Part shown: positions 32,001 to 39,083 of the stretch, in pieces
How positions within the stretch are numbered: the first letter of the stretch is position 1
Layout of the letters: each line of letters starts with the position of its first letter
Notes under the pieces: generated by a model
Database searches by the model: none
Told to the model about the DNA's origin: nothing
The model's input: only the letters and a program-made list of their open reading frames with translations
IMG/VR virus record: IMGVR_UViG_3300033153_008530
Span: 23,012-87,011 of that record
DNA from: a virus
Strand: one strand, 5' to 3'
DNA length: 64,000 nt
Position numbers and translations under genes: made by a program

Positions 32001-33799
32001 GGTTTAAGTGCTTCAGTTGGATTATCTACTTTGCTTATGATCAGATCATCTGGAGTGCTCTCAATTATATTCTTTTTCTTTCTTCCAATTTGTTCTAACG
32101 CCTTATTGGACAAAGCATATGTAAAATATGCATTTAACTTAACAATCTTCTTTTCTTTATTTATAGCTGTTTTAGCTTCAAAATTATCTGTAATCCATAG
32201 ATTATACTCCATTTCTGTTAGAGTAACAATATTATCCTCAACACTAAAGCTATTAAACCTCTGATTGATAAACTTTTTATTTATGTTCAGTCTTGAGGCA
32301 GATGTATTGTTTTTTCTTTCTTCTTGAAGATATTGTATAATCTTATCTCTTACTGCTTCAGGATTATCTGATTTACTTATATTTTCCTTTTTAAACTTAA
32401 ATATAATTGATTTACCTACCTGATCTCTTCTAAAATATATACCATCATACTTTGGGAAATATATAGAGGATAATAGTTCAAATCTCTGTTGAGGTCTTAA
32501 TTCTTCTAAAGTTCCTCTTTTGGTTTTAATGTTAAGAGGCATTGTCATCATACTTGCCAAGTTAAAGATCTGATCATCAATCATCTTTGGTCTGTCAACA
32601 TATATAGGATCAGTACTATTTTCTTCATAGTCAAAATATGTGAAACCTTTATTTTTTCCAAAAGAATTATCAAGTGCTGGATATGGAAGGAAACCAAACT
32701 CTCCAAAATCTATTTCAGAAAGTTTTGTGTTTCTTTCATATGATACAGGACGATATCCTAAACTGCTACTTTCTAATATTGATGCAGTTACAGTTTCTCC
32801 ATTACTTACAGATCTTTGTATTGCTACAATATCTTCTAAACCTTGATATTGAAGTTTCTTAACATGATCAGTTTGCTTTTTAGTTGGTGTATCACCATAC
32901 ATTTTTCTTGCAACCTCATTAACTTGCTGAATATCTGATCTCTCCAAAAATAATTTACCATCACTTTTTCTTATAGGCGTTCTCATTTTAATAGGAATGA
33001 CATAACCATTTTCTTCATTGGTTATTTTTAACTCATCATTAAAATATATAGGATGTCCTTCACTATCAGTAATTATCCATACAACACCTTTTTTTGTTTT
33101 TTCAGGATTTTTTGTAATATACTGTTGTTCACCTTGGGTCCAATTTTTAAGAGGAACATCAGCTGCTAAAACTGCAGTTATATAATAACCCATCTTATCC
33201 CCCGTGTCATCACTACTAATTCTTATTTTACTTATAATATCTCTTATAACAGCATATCTACGTTTTGAAGCTGGATCTTTACTTGGTATATTAGTAAATT
33301 TTCCTTTTTCTGTTTCAGGAGCTTCATTACCTGTTGTTGTATTTGAAGATATTGGTCTTGCTTCAAAATTTCCTTCAATGTCCAGCTCTTCATTGGTAAG
33401 ATCTTTTCTCTCCTCTGGATCAAGCATATTTAATATTCTCAATCTTGTTACAATAATCTCAAGTTCTTTAATATCTACTTCAGGATATACATACTTAAAT
33501 ACATTATCAAGATTTTCAAATGACTCTGTCATCTCAACTAACTCACTGTACTTATTACCAACGTATTTACCTATGGTATTATCATTTGCTGCCAGCTTCT
33601 TTACAAAATCTGGAACCAATTGAACATATGCAAGAACTTTTGCCTTTTCTTTTTTAAGGTCATTAGATGCAATGTTCTCTATATGATTAATGATGTCATT
33701 AAGGTTATATTCAACCTCCTCATTCATCATATTTTTAAGTTTTCTTGCAGTAATAGACAATATTGCTTCTATATGTTTATCTGGTAATCTACATTTCAT
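23045..33799 (-). CDS. Giant single-chain virion RNA polymerase (phi14:2 gp66-type) with accessory domains
   Basis: RIPVQG..GSDFDIDK catalytic motif (25967-25990) and DGQGWIT; also a PD-(D/E)xK domain, P-loop ATPGAGKTT and zincin HEAWH..EEYLAE. Confidence 0.9.
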   Translation of the reverse strand: MKCRLPDKHIEAILSITARKLKNMMNEEVEYNLNDIINHIENIASNDLKKEKAKVLAYVQLVPDFVKKLAANDNTIGKYVGNKYSELVEMTESFENLDNVFKYVYPEVDIKELEIIVTRLRILNMLDPEERKDLTNEELDIEGNFEARPISSNTTTGNEAPETEKGKFTNIPSKDPASKRRYAVIRDIISKIRISSDDTGDKMGYYITAVLAADVPLKNWTQGEQQYITKNPEKTKKGVVWIITDSEGHPIYFNDELKITNEENGYVIPIKMRTPIRKSDGKLFLERSDIQQVNEVARKMYGDTPTKKQTDHVKKLQYQGLEDIVAIQRSVSNGETVTASILESSSLGYRPVSYERNTKLSEIDFGEFGFLPYPALDNSFGKNKGFTYFDYEENSTDPIYVDRPKMIDDQIFNLASMMTMPLNIKTKRGTLEELRPQQRFELLSSIYFPKYDGIYFRRDQVGKSIIFKFKKENISKSDNPEAVRDKIIQYLQEERKNNTSASRLNINKKFINQRFNSFSVEDNIVTLTEMEYNLWITDNFEAKTAINKEKKIVKLNAYFTYALSNKALEQIGRKKKNIIESTPDDLIISKVDNPTEALKPLSEKKLTVNKKDSEFYIDEARESFRRVSAFKGDLIPYPADAPRDEGQARTRGTIADDLFRATLSDQITSYKAFKKMYVEHPERKNTEVFSDVFLGELYDVYAEAKKRLKKNYRIYTEIPTLWGTLGNVNYAGTIDMLLYHEKNKTFHLVDLKTSGLNRRIAYKTKQYNYQAQDEIQLNAYAELFRQRTGIVLDTLKIFPVTTKLIRNKGIGKREYSTAESPKSSDGSLTIPLKKKSIYDIYTEYKPGEVLENTATYPSISTPKAGKKSKSKYTGKLIYATPGAGKTTFVPTMEGVIDADELLKAEIKRRDPDFKVKKDKNFILEYWKKDSGVSYKLVQDDVLGQIKDLKEEGKVILTGTYNFIEHADYVIQVPSSNKRIEGRFGNKDNADDFIKRREIPNIKKSSAVVIKLEEQELEDELTQNILKDYNAVTKNPTDNNRDSALNRFLKLDKNKNINNAATKKQIRDAEEWYNNHPMRENLPYQAAFNIVNSKNFAEFTKNGIILYKGSNYTDLYHEAWHGFSQMYLTVEQKRDLYDSLKKRSGTFTNYLGDKISFKKASDYMLEEYLAEDFRLYVLSDGKRKINTPAAKTIFQKILDFLKQLFGNSTLDQVVIDQQSVEGVKDLYDKLYIGDINDYTPSLNNMMFAKLDKGGIKGLNDEQISFTDSILISETVDSLIGELIDKANREFIVSGKGRAAISKLLSSKTGLNTAYEYVIERLNELRTKEEKKPQDIVTKNSIDLLTFAIDNFGDFESFITKKQTKGVIAFHQKRTEILNLEDKFITEFSEEETSNKIKGHDRKGNELSVKDLASNEVLYLLRTLFEVTPQDPDGVYNKLGVKKLSNFKVTWEHTLSLLQGVRDSNKIYDLLEEDSQDFPVYKQLIERLGKPVVINEKGDETPGHETYYDAMLWNKFVEAFNRTRIPLVQYTMDRTLLTREGAFGDTENAWSYTDKIGNASANWRRIRFDWMNSFATTKESPHIKPDTEGNYLDINSVMKKFASPSGNPFVFLRDIGIDLDTRNIKLKQNINSKSRYRVFVEEIVKRLKYFNEKGTKVRNIIEALEYDIIEKGRVVHKGHKGNLKELALLQLKYSDKYSSAAVTNALGDIQYEYSLQSSLSVIINEINDSKSFNELINKPFMSYLSSKRNPWTYIYQDENGQNKSTSQWLNSLFDFENGGIKRKGVTLDLNNLSGNQMVVDNLITDIGYSSTTVEADKHTKLITDLHYTLLSGTPVSGSPELLRHASAGSAYSAGISEAHTLGSDKHLYVDTKDFFTNTGEDKAVEIIIPYIQAELTRINKADQVKNVPGYNKRAKEFSIFDKILSNPLKKELKDLNVELLEELKTNQDLYNRLHDEITKYFNSQVKDVTERYRDLNYISDSLIKQISYQNHSATTPQIREAIFESFVYNKWIRDFETLIFFYGDPAQYKNGMEFFKRNKMVASTGRFPRTDQAIINYIRNNMKGDYSIKRGIKDKDFDGTFKSAVFQDHIVSSVYVKEYEKAFRDYYSTVAELKGKKLENAVYHAIKPYKEMNEGDGQGWITFDAYRIYQFAIGKWSNTQEQLYKKIVAGEYVDPRLVTEFFPPKKVQYFGPLKTDGLPVIAGHKFSLMPLIPNVIENTRLQDLHDSLVDQKFDYALFESGSKISTITKDGTYDEVYADPIKRIFKSVESADQYTPNVMFLEFLKDQLDIDSKHKTKVTFSTQLRKLIETGLVEGGVPIDFMPGTSLTKRRVEWKKIEKKGLQVMKDESDYFSKYKEYEELLDKLMKYKKDQLLKDAGWSYNEKGKLEGNLQDLLNKVIIPNLERKDITASELDVLEVDDKGDLVFPFGMSVNAESIENILFAVVNKQLVRQKVNGQMLVQISTALFTNNEATPADRNFTNPTDAEIAKWGSSDLPTYSMFDAEGNIRKTISAMKVKIALQGGFIKLLGLTHNDGERIKTRLRLNEMIKDEQWLNRDDNRKLITMVGVRIPVQGLNSAEFMEVYEFLPESAGNIIIPPSEIVSKSGSDFDIDKLTIMMPNIRRNKEGEVILSTEGVRGVENEIMYKMKEILELPHNFISLVRPNSNHLAMDVVDQIRGEEAENISHTKILEIGFNTDIHEAFNVGKKTLGQGAIANTYNALFNRVGMYLMPTFMRDKSEFNTRILLDHNTFKVGKNDVISLSNINNVDGVEIAQILEQLINGWVDVEKDPWIFHLQGNTELTPILLLLVESGVSLTDAVMFLSNPLIKEYVKEQRIMSSSFSMPLGMAPDETQYTRYQAKVNVIARNGFDNYSTLGLDATNTPSVPNILLTAQRRTSNFNPAKLKEIALNGTVNDTARDAFLHFIELELIAGSVRDVKLNTNLDTDPAASLYNVQERRRNMRTINKYGLFPRGPLDRLLTESPISSFASVPDFQEEVWSKYFPLRNHELVNKFLYDFLDTAAGKGAVRTTYGQNEQEKFVAAWKNDLVSFIFQNSIKGFNKNTKEYRSLTVNDKIGVEEVDVLTVGAYVKDNVLYVNKEALNDMFKNKTYADQNKRVRWVQKINKEGKGVKKEWVLSGHALLTPDAFKTRDVLSEKEFYKFIYEREYLRSIISFKEESKKEEFKEKLKRNMNQVDSIETERQEGETDNMYEKRMKLLTYEEILRDKALDNTLNIRNMFYGHNSMVNQFMDIKAKYPSLSRDYPLMESIIQSKAKPGERIKNLKLKETVLDPDTVEVYHENLLELSNPSEIKIDDPEDKLKITNFFQRFNYYAFLQSGLNTKSPLSMTRIIDQRNILLLLKGPYESYIKNLNEEILTLYTNRMITMNRAITKSLNMRSKNYMIDKTLASTMTSEQKVPVKEGIPLKKYKTKDVYIYDAQTSSSKYEVLATQSGGVTFIYNERGKKGRDESLSEFDNSLGIPLINDGKMMTDETLEENKILIDNAIDKIANLMKGNNSIALIKTGYGKELLDNVKSRKTYVHLSSKLYDKFGYINPGSLRSTSIRAIIQKDQPISDYEIQELKNKCLA

Positions 33800-33813
33800 A
33801 ATCTCTAACTATT

Positions 33814-36800
33814 TTAAGTAGGTGAACAAGGGGGTTCATCTTCTAATGCACTAATATCCTCATCATCAGTTTTATCATCAGATAGTTTAATTATCTCTTT
33901 AACTTTATCACTATCATCACCTATATCTAAAGCAGCATCTTTAGTTTCATTTATACTTTCTGCATCTTCTCCTGTTATTACCTCTGTTATCTCTGGTTTA
34001 ACAAACTTAGTCCCTTCAACAACACCTCTTATTTGTTTATCAAATGTTTCTCTTTTTATTACTAATTCATTTCCCTTTTGATCTTGTGCAATAATTTGGT
34101 TTTTAGAAACTTTAACTACCATCACGGGACCTGATATATCTTTACCGGGATTTATTGGACTAAGAAGCATTTTTGCTTTTACATCATCAAAGCTGAATTT
34201 TATTAGTTCTTTCTTTATGTTATACATATCTGTAATTAAATCTGAATTAAGTGATCTACCATCTATTATTATACTACTTCTTAATTTTGAGTTAAGTGTT
34301 AAGAGTTTTTCAGCTGCCTTAGACCATTTCTCTAAATCTTTAAAAGTTTTAATATTTTTATATTGTGATGATAATACTCTATGTATTTGCATATTAATAT
34401 CAATATCTTCTGGATCAGCTTCTTTAATCTCTTTTTCAACTTCAACAATATCATATGCATGTAATTCTCCTTTTTTTAACCATGTTTTTATAGTTGTGTC
34501 TTCAGTATCTACAATAAGATCATCAACAACTATATCTCCTACTGGGATACGCCCATGATGTACTAATGTATATACTTTATCTCCAATTACTATATGACCT
34601 ATTTGGTTTTTTGTTTTTAAACCAATCTGTGTAGCTCTTGTTGCATTTACAACTAAAACCTTTCTTCCTTCTTTTTCTTGTATATTTTCAATTTCTTCAG
34701 GTGTTAGTATATCTGAACTTATACGTATACCTAATTTTTCTTTTTCAATATCTGTTAATCCTTCAAGTTCTTTTGCTGAAGGCATTCCTTCTTTTAATGC
34801 AATGAGCTCATTATTTCTACGATCACTTATCTTTTTTATAAGCGCTTTTTTGCTACTTGCTTCAAGTTGAACTTTTTCTCCATTACTCTTTTCATAAATT
34901 GTTGTAAAAACCTTACGTGATCTTTCATCATCTAAATCTTCTATGTCTTCACTGATATTATCTATAGCATCTTTAGCTCTTCTGGCTATATCATCTTTTT
35001 TAGATAATTTTTTAGATTTCTTTTTAACTTTTTTCTTATCTGTTTTAAGACTCTGATTATATTTTGCAATAATTACAGCGGCAGAATTTGTATTTTCTAT
35101 ATATTCCTTTAATCCAATTGGTTTTTCATCAATTGCTTCTTTTCTCTTATTATGCGTTTCTAAACCTTTTTTAAGTTGCTCTATTAAGGGAGCTGGCAAA
35201 TCTTCAATCTTTGTGTCAGGAGTAAAACCAAGATCAGGTCCATCATTGTCCTTTGGATCTTGTTTACCAGTGTTTGTCTGATCAATATACTCTGTTGTTA
35301 AAGCTATTGTTTGATCTAAAACTGTATTACCCGTTTTGATACCTAATGCTTTATTTAAGAATCTTGTAACAGCTTTAAGGAATTCTTGCCAAGCGGATGT
35401 TTTTGCATCATCCCATTTGATTTCTTTTAATAACTTTTGGAAGTTATCATTTGTCATTGCTTCAGCAACAAATTCTTCAATATCTTTTAACCCATAAGGA
35501 ACTATACCAATTTTACCAGTATTAGCTAAATAATAATCAACTGTTTTTTTCCATATTTCCTCTATTGCTGTTCTATATTCTGTATCTGTTCTTAATCCTT
35601 TAACAGTAAGTCTATGTATTATTTCATGAAGAATTGTATGCTCAATTGCGTTTTGTCCTGCTGTATAGTCAATAGAAGAATATCTTACATCTATATATAC
35701 GTCACCAGATTCTGTATCATAAACACCGGGTGTTGAAAGGTTATTTACAAACTTGATTGTATCAGTTGCGTTTGTTTTCATTAATAATGCAGCCGCTAAC
35801 TTTTTCTCTCGTGGTGTAGATAAAGACCCACTGTCTATAATTGACTGTAATACCACTCTTTGTAATACTGTACTTTCTGCAGAATCAGGATCAAAACCAA
35901 ATTGCTCTGCATAATCTTTATAAGTACGTTTATCATTTTTATATTTACTTCTTCCTCTTGGATCATATCTTGTATCAGCTCTTGCTTCAGGAATTGGCTT
36001 TCCAGTTACTTCACTCCATTTATTGACAATTTCTAATATTTTTACCCAATCTTCTGGATGAGTGTCTTGTGTTATTTCTTCAAGATCTGTTACTCTGTAA
36101 AAGGTAGCTGGTAATATCTTATCTGTTTTAAATGCTTGTGCATCATCTGGATCAAAAAAGTATCCTGCTTCATAAAGAGACTGAAACAAACCATTATCAT
36201 CTGATATATCTTCGTAAAGATTTAATAAGTGAGCTATATCTTCCTTTTTACGTTTGTATGTTTCCTTCATTATAGAAGCTTCTCTCCTAGCGCTATTGAT
36301 CATAGGGGCTCCTGATGGATCTAGTAGTATGTTAACTGAGTTTGTTAGATTTATACTCTCATTTTCTAATTTATAGTAATCTGCTAGTTTTTCAAATGAA
36401 GCTTCTATATCTTCATTAAATACATGACCACTATTTATTTTAGCTATAACTTCTAAATAATTTTTATATTTATCAAATAACTTTTCCTTTGAAGTCATTT
36501 GTTTTTTAACCTGATCAAAATCAAACTCCAATTGACCAGCTTCAACTTTAGCATTAGTAATTGATTCTTCTTCTAAATTGTTTTTATATTCCTCAATTGA
36601 ATCTTTTAACTCTTTTAAAGCATCTAATTTTAATTGTTTAGACTTTTTAACTGCTTTAAATGTTTGATCACCCTCTGAAAATTGTTCAACTTCTTTCTTT
36701 AAGAGCTCTATTTCTTTATAAATTGAACCAAGCGCAAGCTCTGTTGATTCATCTTTTGAATCAAATAAAAGATTAAAGTCATGGGCTTTAGCTTTAGATA

Positions 36801-39078
36801 CAGGTATATCAGTTGATATATCCTGATAAATAGAATCCATTCTTTCTAATGCTCTATCAAATGAATGTGTCATAAAAACTGCACGTTTTAGTGCTTTGTC
36901 ATATGCAAGTTGACGTATACCTTCATCTTCCCATTCTTTAGAACCAAAATCAAATTTGTTTGCATTAAAAGGATTAGTAAATCTTTTTGAAACATATTCA
37001 TATCTTGCTTCTATTCTTTTTGATCTTTCAATAGTCTTATCAATTTTAGCATGAAAATCTTTTTTAGAAACAGCAAGTTTGTCTAATGAGTAACCATAAG
37101 CTTCTTTTAATTCTTCATTGCTCATGTTTTTCATTCCTTCTAACCTTTCTCTATAGAAATTCATTTTTCCAGTTTGAATTGCCGTTACAACATGATTATA
37201 AATACTTTCATCTTTTAAATCTTGCCATGCTTTTCTATCACCATTACGTTCTGCTTCATTCATAGCTGATGCAAGCTTTCTGTTAAGAGACATATTTTCC
37301 ATATCAGGTGCAAAATATTTAAATGGATCAGCATACATCTGATTAAGTTGTTCTGCTACTTTGTCTCTATCTTCTTTACGTTTAGCATTTTTAGCTTTAT
37401 ATCCTTCTTTATCAGACATATATTCTAATGCTTTTGCGCTATATGTAGGTATTTTAATTATTGGTTGTACAAGACCTCCCATTAAGAAACCAGACATAAA
37501 AATTTCAAAACCTTGTTGAGAATACTGTTTAGATATATTATTTGCAATATTTGTATAAATACCACCTCTTGCTGGATCATTCTTATATAGTTCAGTATAG
37601 TAATCAGTTGCAGTACCTCCAATTATTTCCTGCATAGTCTCTTGAATTCCTTCAGCAAAGTTTGCTTTAAAATATGATAAACCTATTCTACCATATGTTC
37701 CAGGCATATATACACTTTTTGCAAGATTTTTAAAATTCTTTTCCTGAAATGAAAAGACATCATCAAGACCTTTTTTTGCTGCTTTTCTATTATATACTAA
37801 CCTTGCACCTAATGCATGTTCAAGCGCTCCTCCTCCTGCTTTAGTGTAAGGTCTAAAACCTCTGAACATATTGTCAAACACTATTCTATTAGAAAATAAA
37901 ATAACTGGTAAATTCCACCCAACTGTAGCAAATCCTGCTTTTTGACCTGTCTCTGCTATTTCTCTTGCTTCCTCAGAAGTTGGATTTTTTCCATTTTCTT
38001 GATAAAAATCATTAAATAACTTTGCAGATACTTCATTAGCTACTAATCCACCTTCAAGTTTAGATTCTGCTAATGCAAAATTAATTTCACGTACATCTCT
38101 ATAAAAAGATCCAAAAAAACTATGTGCTTTTGTAAACTCAGTTATGTTATCTGCGTTTCTAAACCCTTTAACATAATCAAATGTTCTTTCAAAAGGATTA
38201 ATAAATCTACCCGCACCTCTGCCTAAGTTTTTCCAAAACTGTCTTGCTGTGCTAACATCATTTAATCCTTTAAATGCTTTTGTTGTTGACTTTACTGCAT
38301 TTCCAAATTTATTTACAGGTAATCCTTTTGCAATTCTACCCATACCACTTGCAAAACGTGAGGCACCTAATCCAAATGTAGAACCTCCTGTAAGAGCGCC
38401 TACACCTAAAAGAGCTGCTTCTTCCATGGCCATTTCTGCAAGAATACCAAATGTATGTGCACTATTTAGAATCAGATTGTTTGTGAATGCACCAACTCCT
38501 CCTCTTGAACTATACCCAACTGCCATTGCTTTAGCTTGTTCCTCAGCTGTTTCAAGATCTGGAGACATTGGTCTACCTGTGAACATATCACCCCAACTTC
38601 TAAAACCACTTTTAATACCACTCCACATTAAATTAAAAAACTGATCATTACCTCTTTGCCAATCTTCATATGGAGTACTATTTTGATTATAGTAAGAGTC
38701 ATTATTTCTCCATGGATTAAAATCTAATTTTTCAAAAGCTGGATGTGTATAATATCTAGCAAAGTTAGCTCCAGTATAACTTGCATCATAATATGTATTA
38801 GCTCCCATTTTATAGGGGTTAGCAGCATGTGAAGGTGCAGTTTGGAATGAATTCAACATATATGCATTCATATCATCTGGTGAAGGAAGTTCAGGGGGTT
38901 GTGAAAGATTACCTGCATATCTGTTTGACATGGCGTATCTTGAAGGCGCATTTGTACCATACTGGTCTGGTGTAAGAATACCTTGTTGCTGTAATATATC
39001 GTCTACTGCAAGAGAGATCTGATTAGGTCTGTCCCCTAACATCTTATCTAAAGGATCTATGTTATTATTATCTGACAT
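33814..39078 (-). CDS. Large virion/ejected protein (1754 aa) with zincin domain and hydrophobic N-terminal helices
   Basis: LHEIIH..EEFVAE (near 35620); Gly/Ala-rich segments AALLGVGALTGG and IFMSGFLMGGLV; directly upstream of the vRNAP gene. Confidence 0.75.
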   Translation of the reverse strand: MSDNNNIDPLDKMLGDRPNQISLAVDDILQQQGILTPDQYGTNAPSRYAMSNRYAGNLSQPPELPSPDDMNAYMLNSFQTAPSHAANPYKMGANTYYDASYTGANFARYYTHPAFEKLDFNPWRNNDSYYNQNSTPYEDWQRGNDQFFNLMWSGIKSGFRSWGDMFTGRPMSPDLETAEEQAKAMAVGYSSRGGVGAFTNNLILNSAHTFGILAEMAMEEAALLGVGALTGGSTFGLGASRFASGMGRIAKGLPVNKFGNAVKSTTKAFKGLNDVSTARQFWKNLGRGAGRFINPFERTFDYVKGFRNADNITEFTKAHSFFGSFYRDVREINFALAESKLEGGLVANEVSAKLFNDFYQENGKNPTSEEAREIAETGQKAGFATVGWNLPVILFSNRIVFDNMFRGFRPYTKAGGGALEHALGARLVYNRKAAKKGLDDVFSFQEKNFKNLAKSVYMPGTYGRIGLSYFKANFAEGIQETMQEIIGGTATDYYTELYKNDPARGGIYTNIANNISKQYSQQGFEIFMSGFLMGGLVQPIIKIPTYSAKALEYMSDKEGYKAKNAKRKEDRDKVAEQLNQMYADPFKYFAPDMENMSLNRKLASAMNEAERNGDRKAWQDLKDESIYNHVVTAIQTGKMNFYRERLEGMKNMSNEELKEAYGYSLDKLAVSKKDFHAKIDKTIERSKRIEARYEYVSKRFTNPFNANKFDFGSKEWEDEGIRQLAYDKALKRAVFMTHSFDRALERMDSIYQDISTDIPVSKAKAHDFNLLFDSKDESTELALGSIYKEIELLKKEVEQFSEGDQTFKAVKKSKQLKLDALKELKDSIEEYKNNLEEESITNAKVEAGQLEFDFDQVKKQMTSKEKLFDKYKNYLEVIAKINSGHVFNEDIEASFEKLADYYKLENESINLTNSVNILLDPSGAPMINSARREASIMKETYKRKKEDIAHLLNLYEDISDDNGLFQSLYEAGYFFDPDDAQAFKTDKILPATFYRVTDLEEITQDTHPEDWVKILEIVNKWSEVTGKPIPEARADTRYDPRGRSKYKNDKRTYKDYAEQFGFDPDSAESTVLQRVVLQSIIDSGSLSTPREKKLAAALLMKTNATDTIKFVNNLSTPGVYDTESGDVYIDVRYSSIDYTAGQNAIEHTILHEIIHRLTVKGLRTDTEYRTAIEEIWKKTVDYYLANTGKIGIVPYGLKDIEEFVAEAMTNDNFQKLLKEIKWDDAKTSAWQEFLKAVTRFLNKALGIKTGNTVLDQTIALTTEYIDQTNTGKQDPKDNDGPDLGFTPDTKIEDLPAPLIEQLKKGLETHNKRKEAIDEKPIGLKEYIENTNSAAVIIAKYNQSLKTDKKKVKKKSKKLSKKDDIARRAKDAIDNISEDIEDLDDERSRKVFTTIYEKSNGEKVQLEASSKKALIKKISDRRNNELIALKEGMPSAKELEGLTDIEKEKLGIRISSDILTPEEIENIQEKEGRKVLVVNATRATQIGLKTKNQIGHIVIGDKVYTLVHHGRIPVGDIVVDDLIVDTEDTTIKTWLKKGELHAYDIVEVEKEIKEADPEDIDINMQIHRVLSSQYKNIKTFKDLEKWSKAAEKLLTLNSKLRSSIIIDGRSLNSDLITDMYNIKKELIKFSFDDVKAKMLLSPINPGKDISGPVMVVKVSKNQIIAQDQKGNELVIKRETFDKQIRGVVEGTKFVKPEITEVITGEDAESINETKDAALDIGDDSDKVKEIIKLSDDKTDDEDISALEDEPPCSPT

Positions 39079-39083
39079 TTAAC

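Noticed and set aside
1365-33799. Inteins or introns in the helicase, PolB or vRNAP
   Set aside because: Catalytic motifs are contiguous; no intein C..HN-type boundaries or homing endonuclease motifs were noticed.
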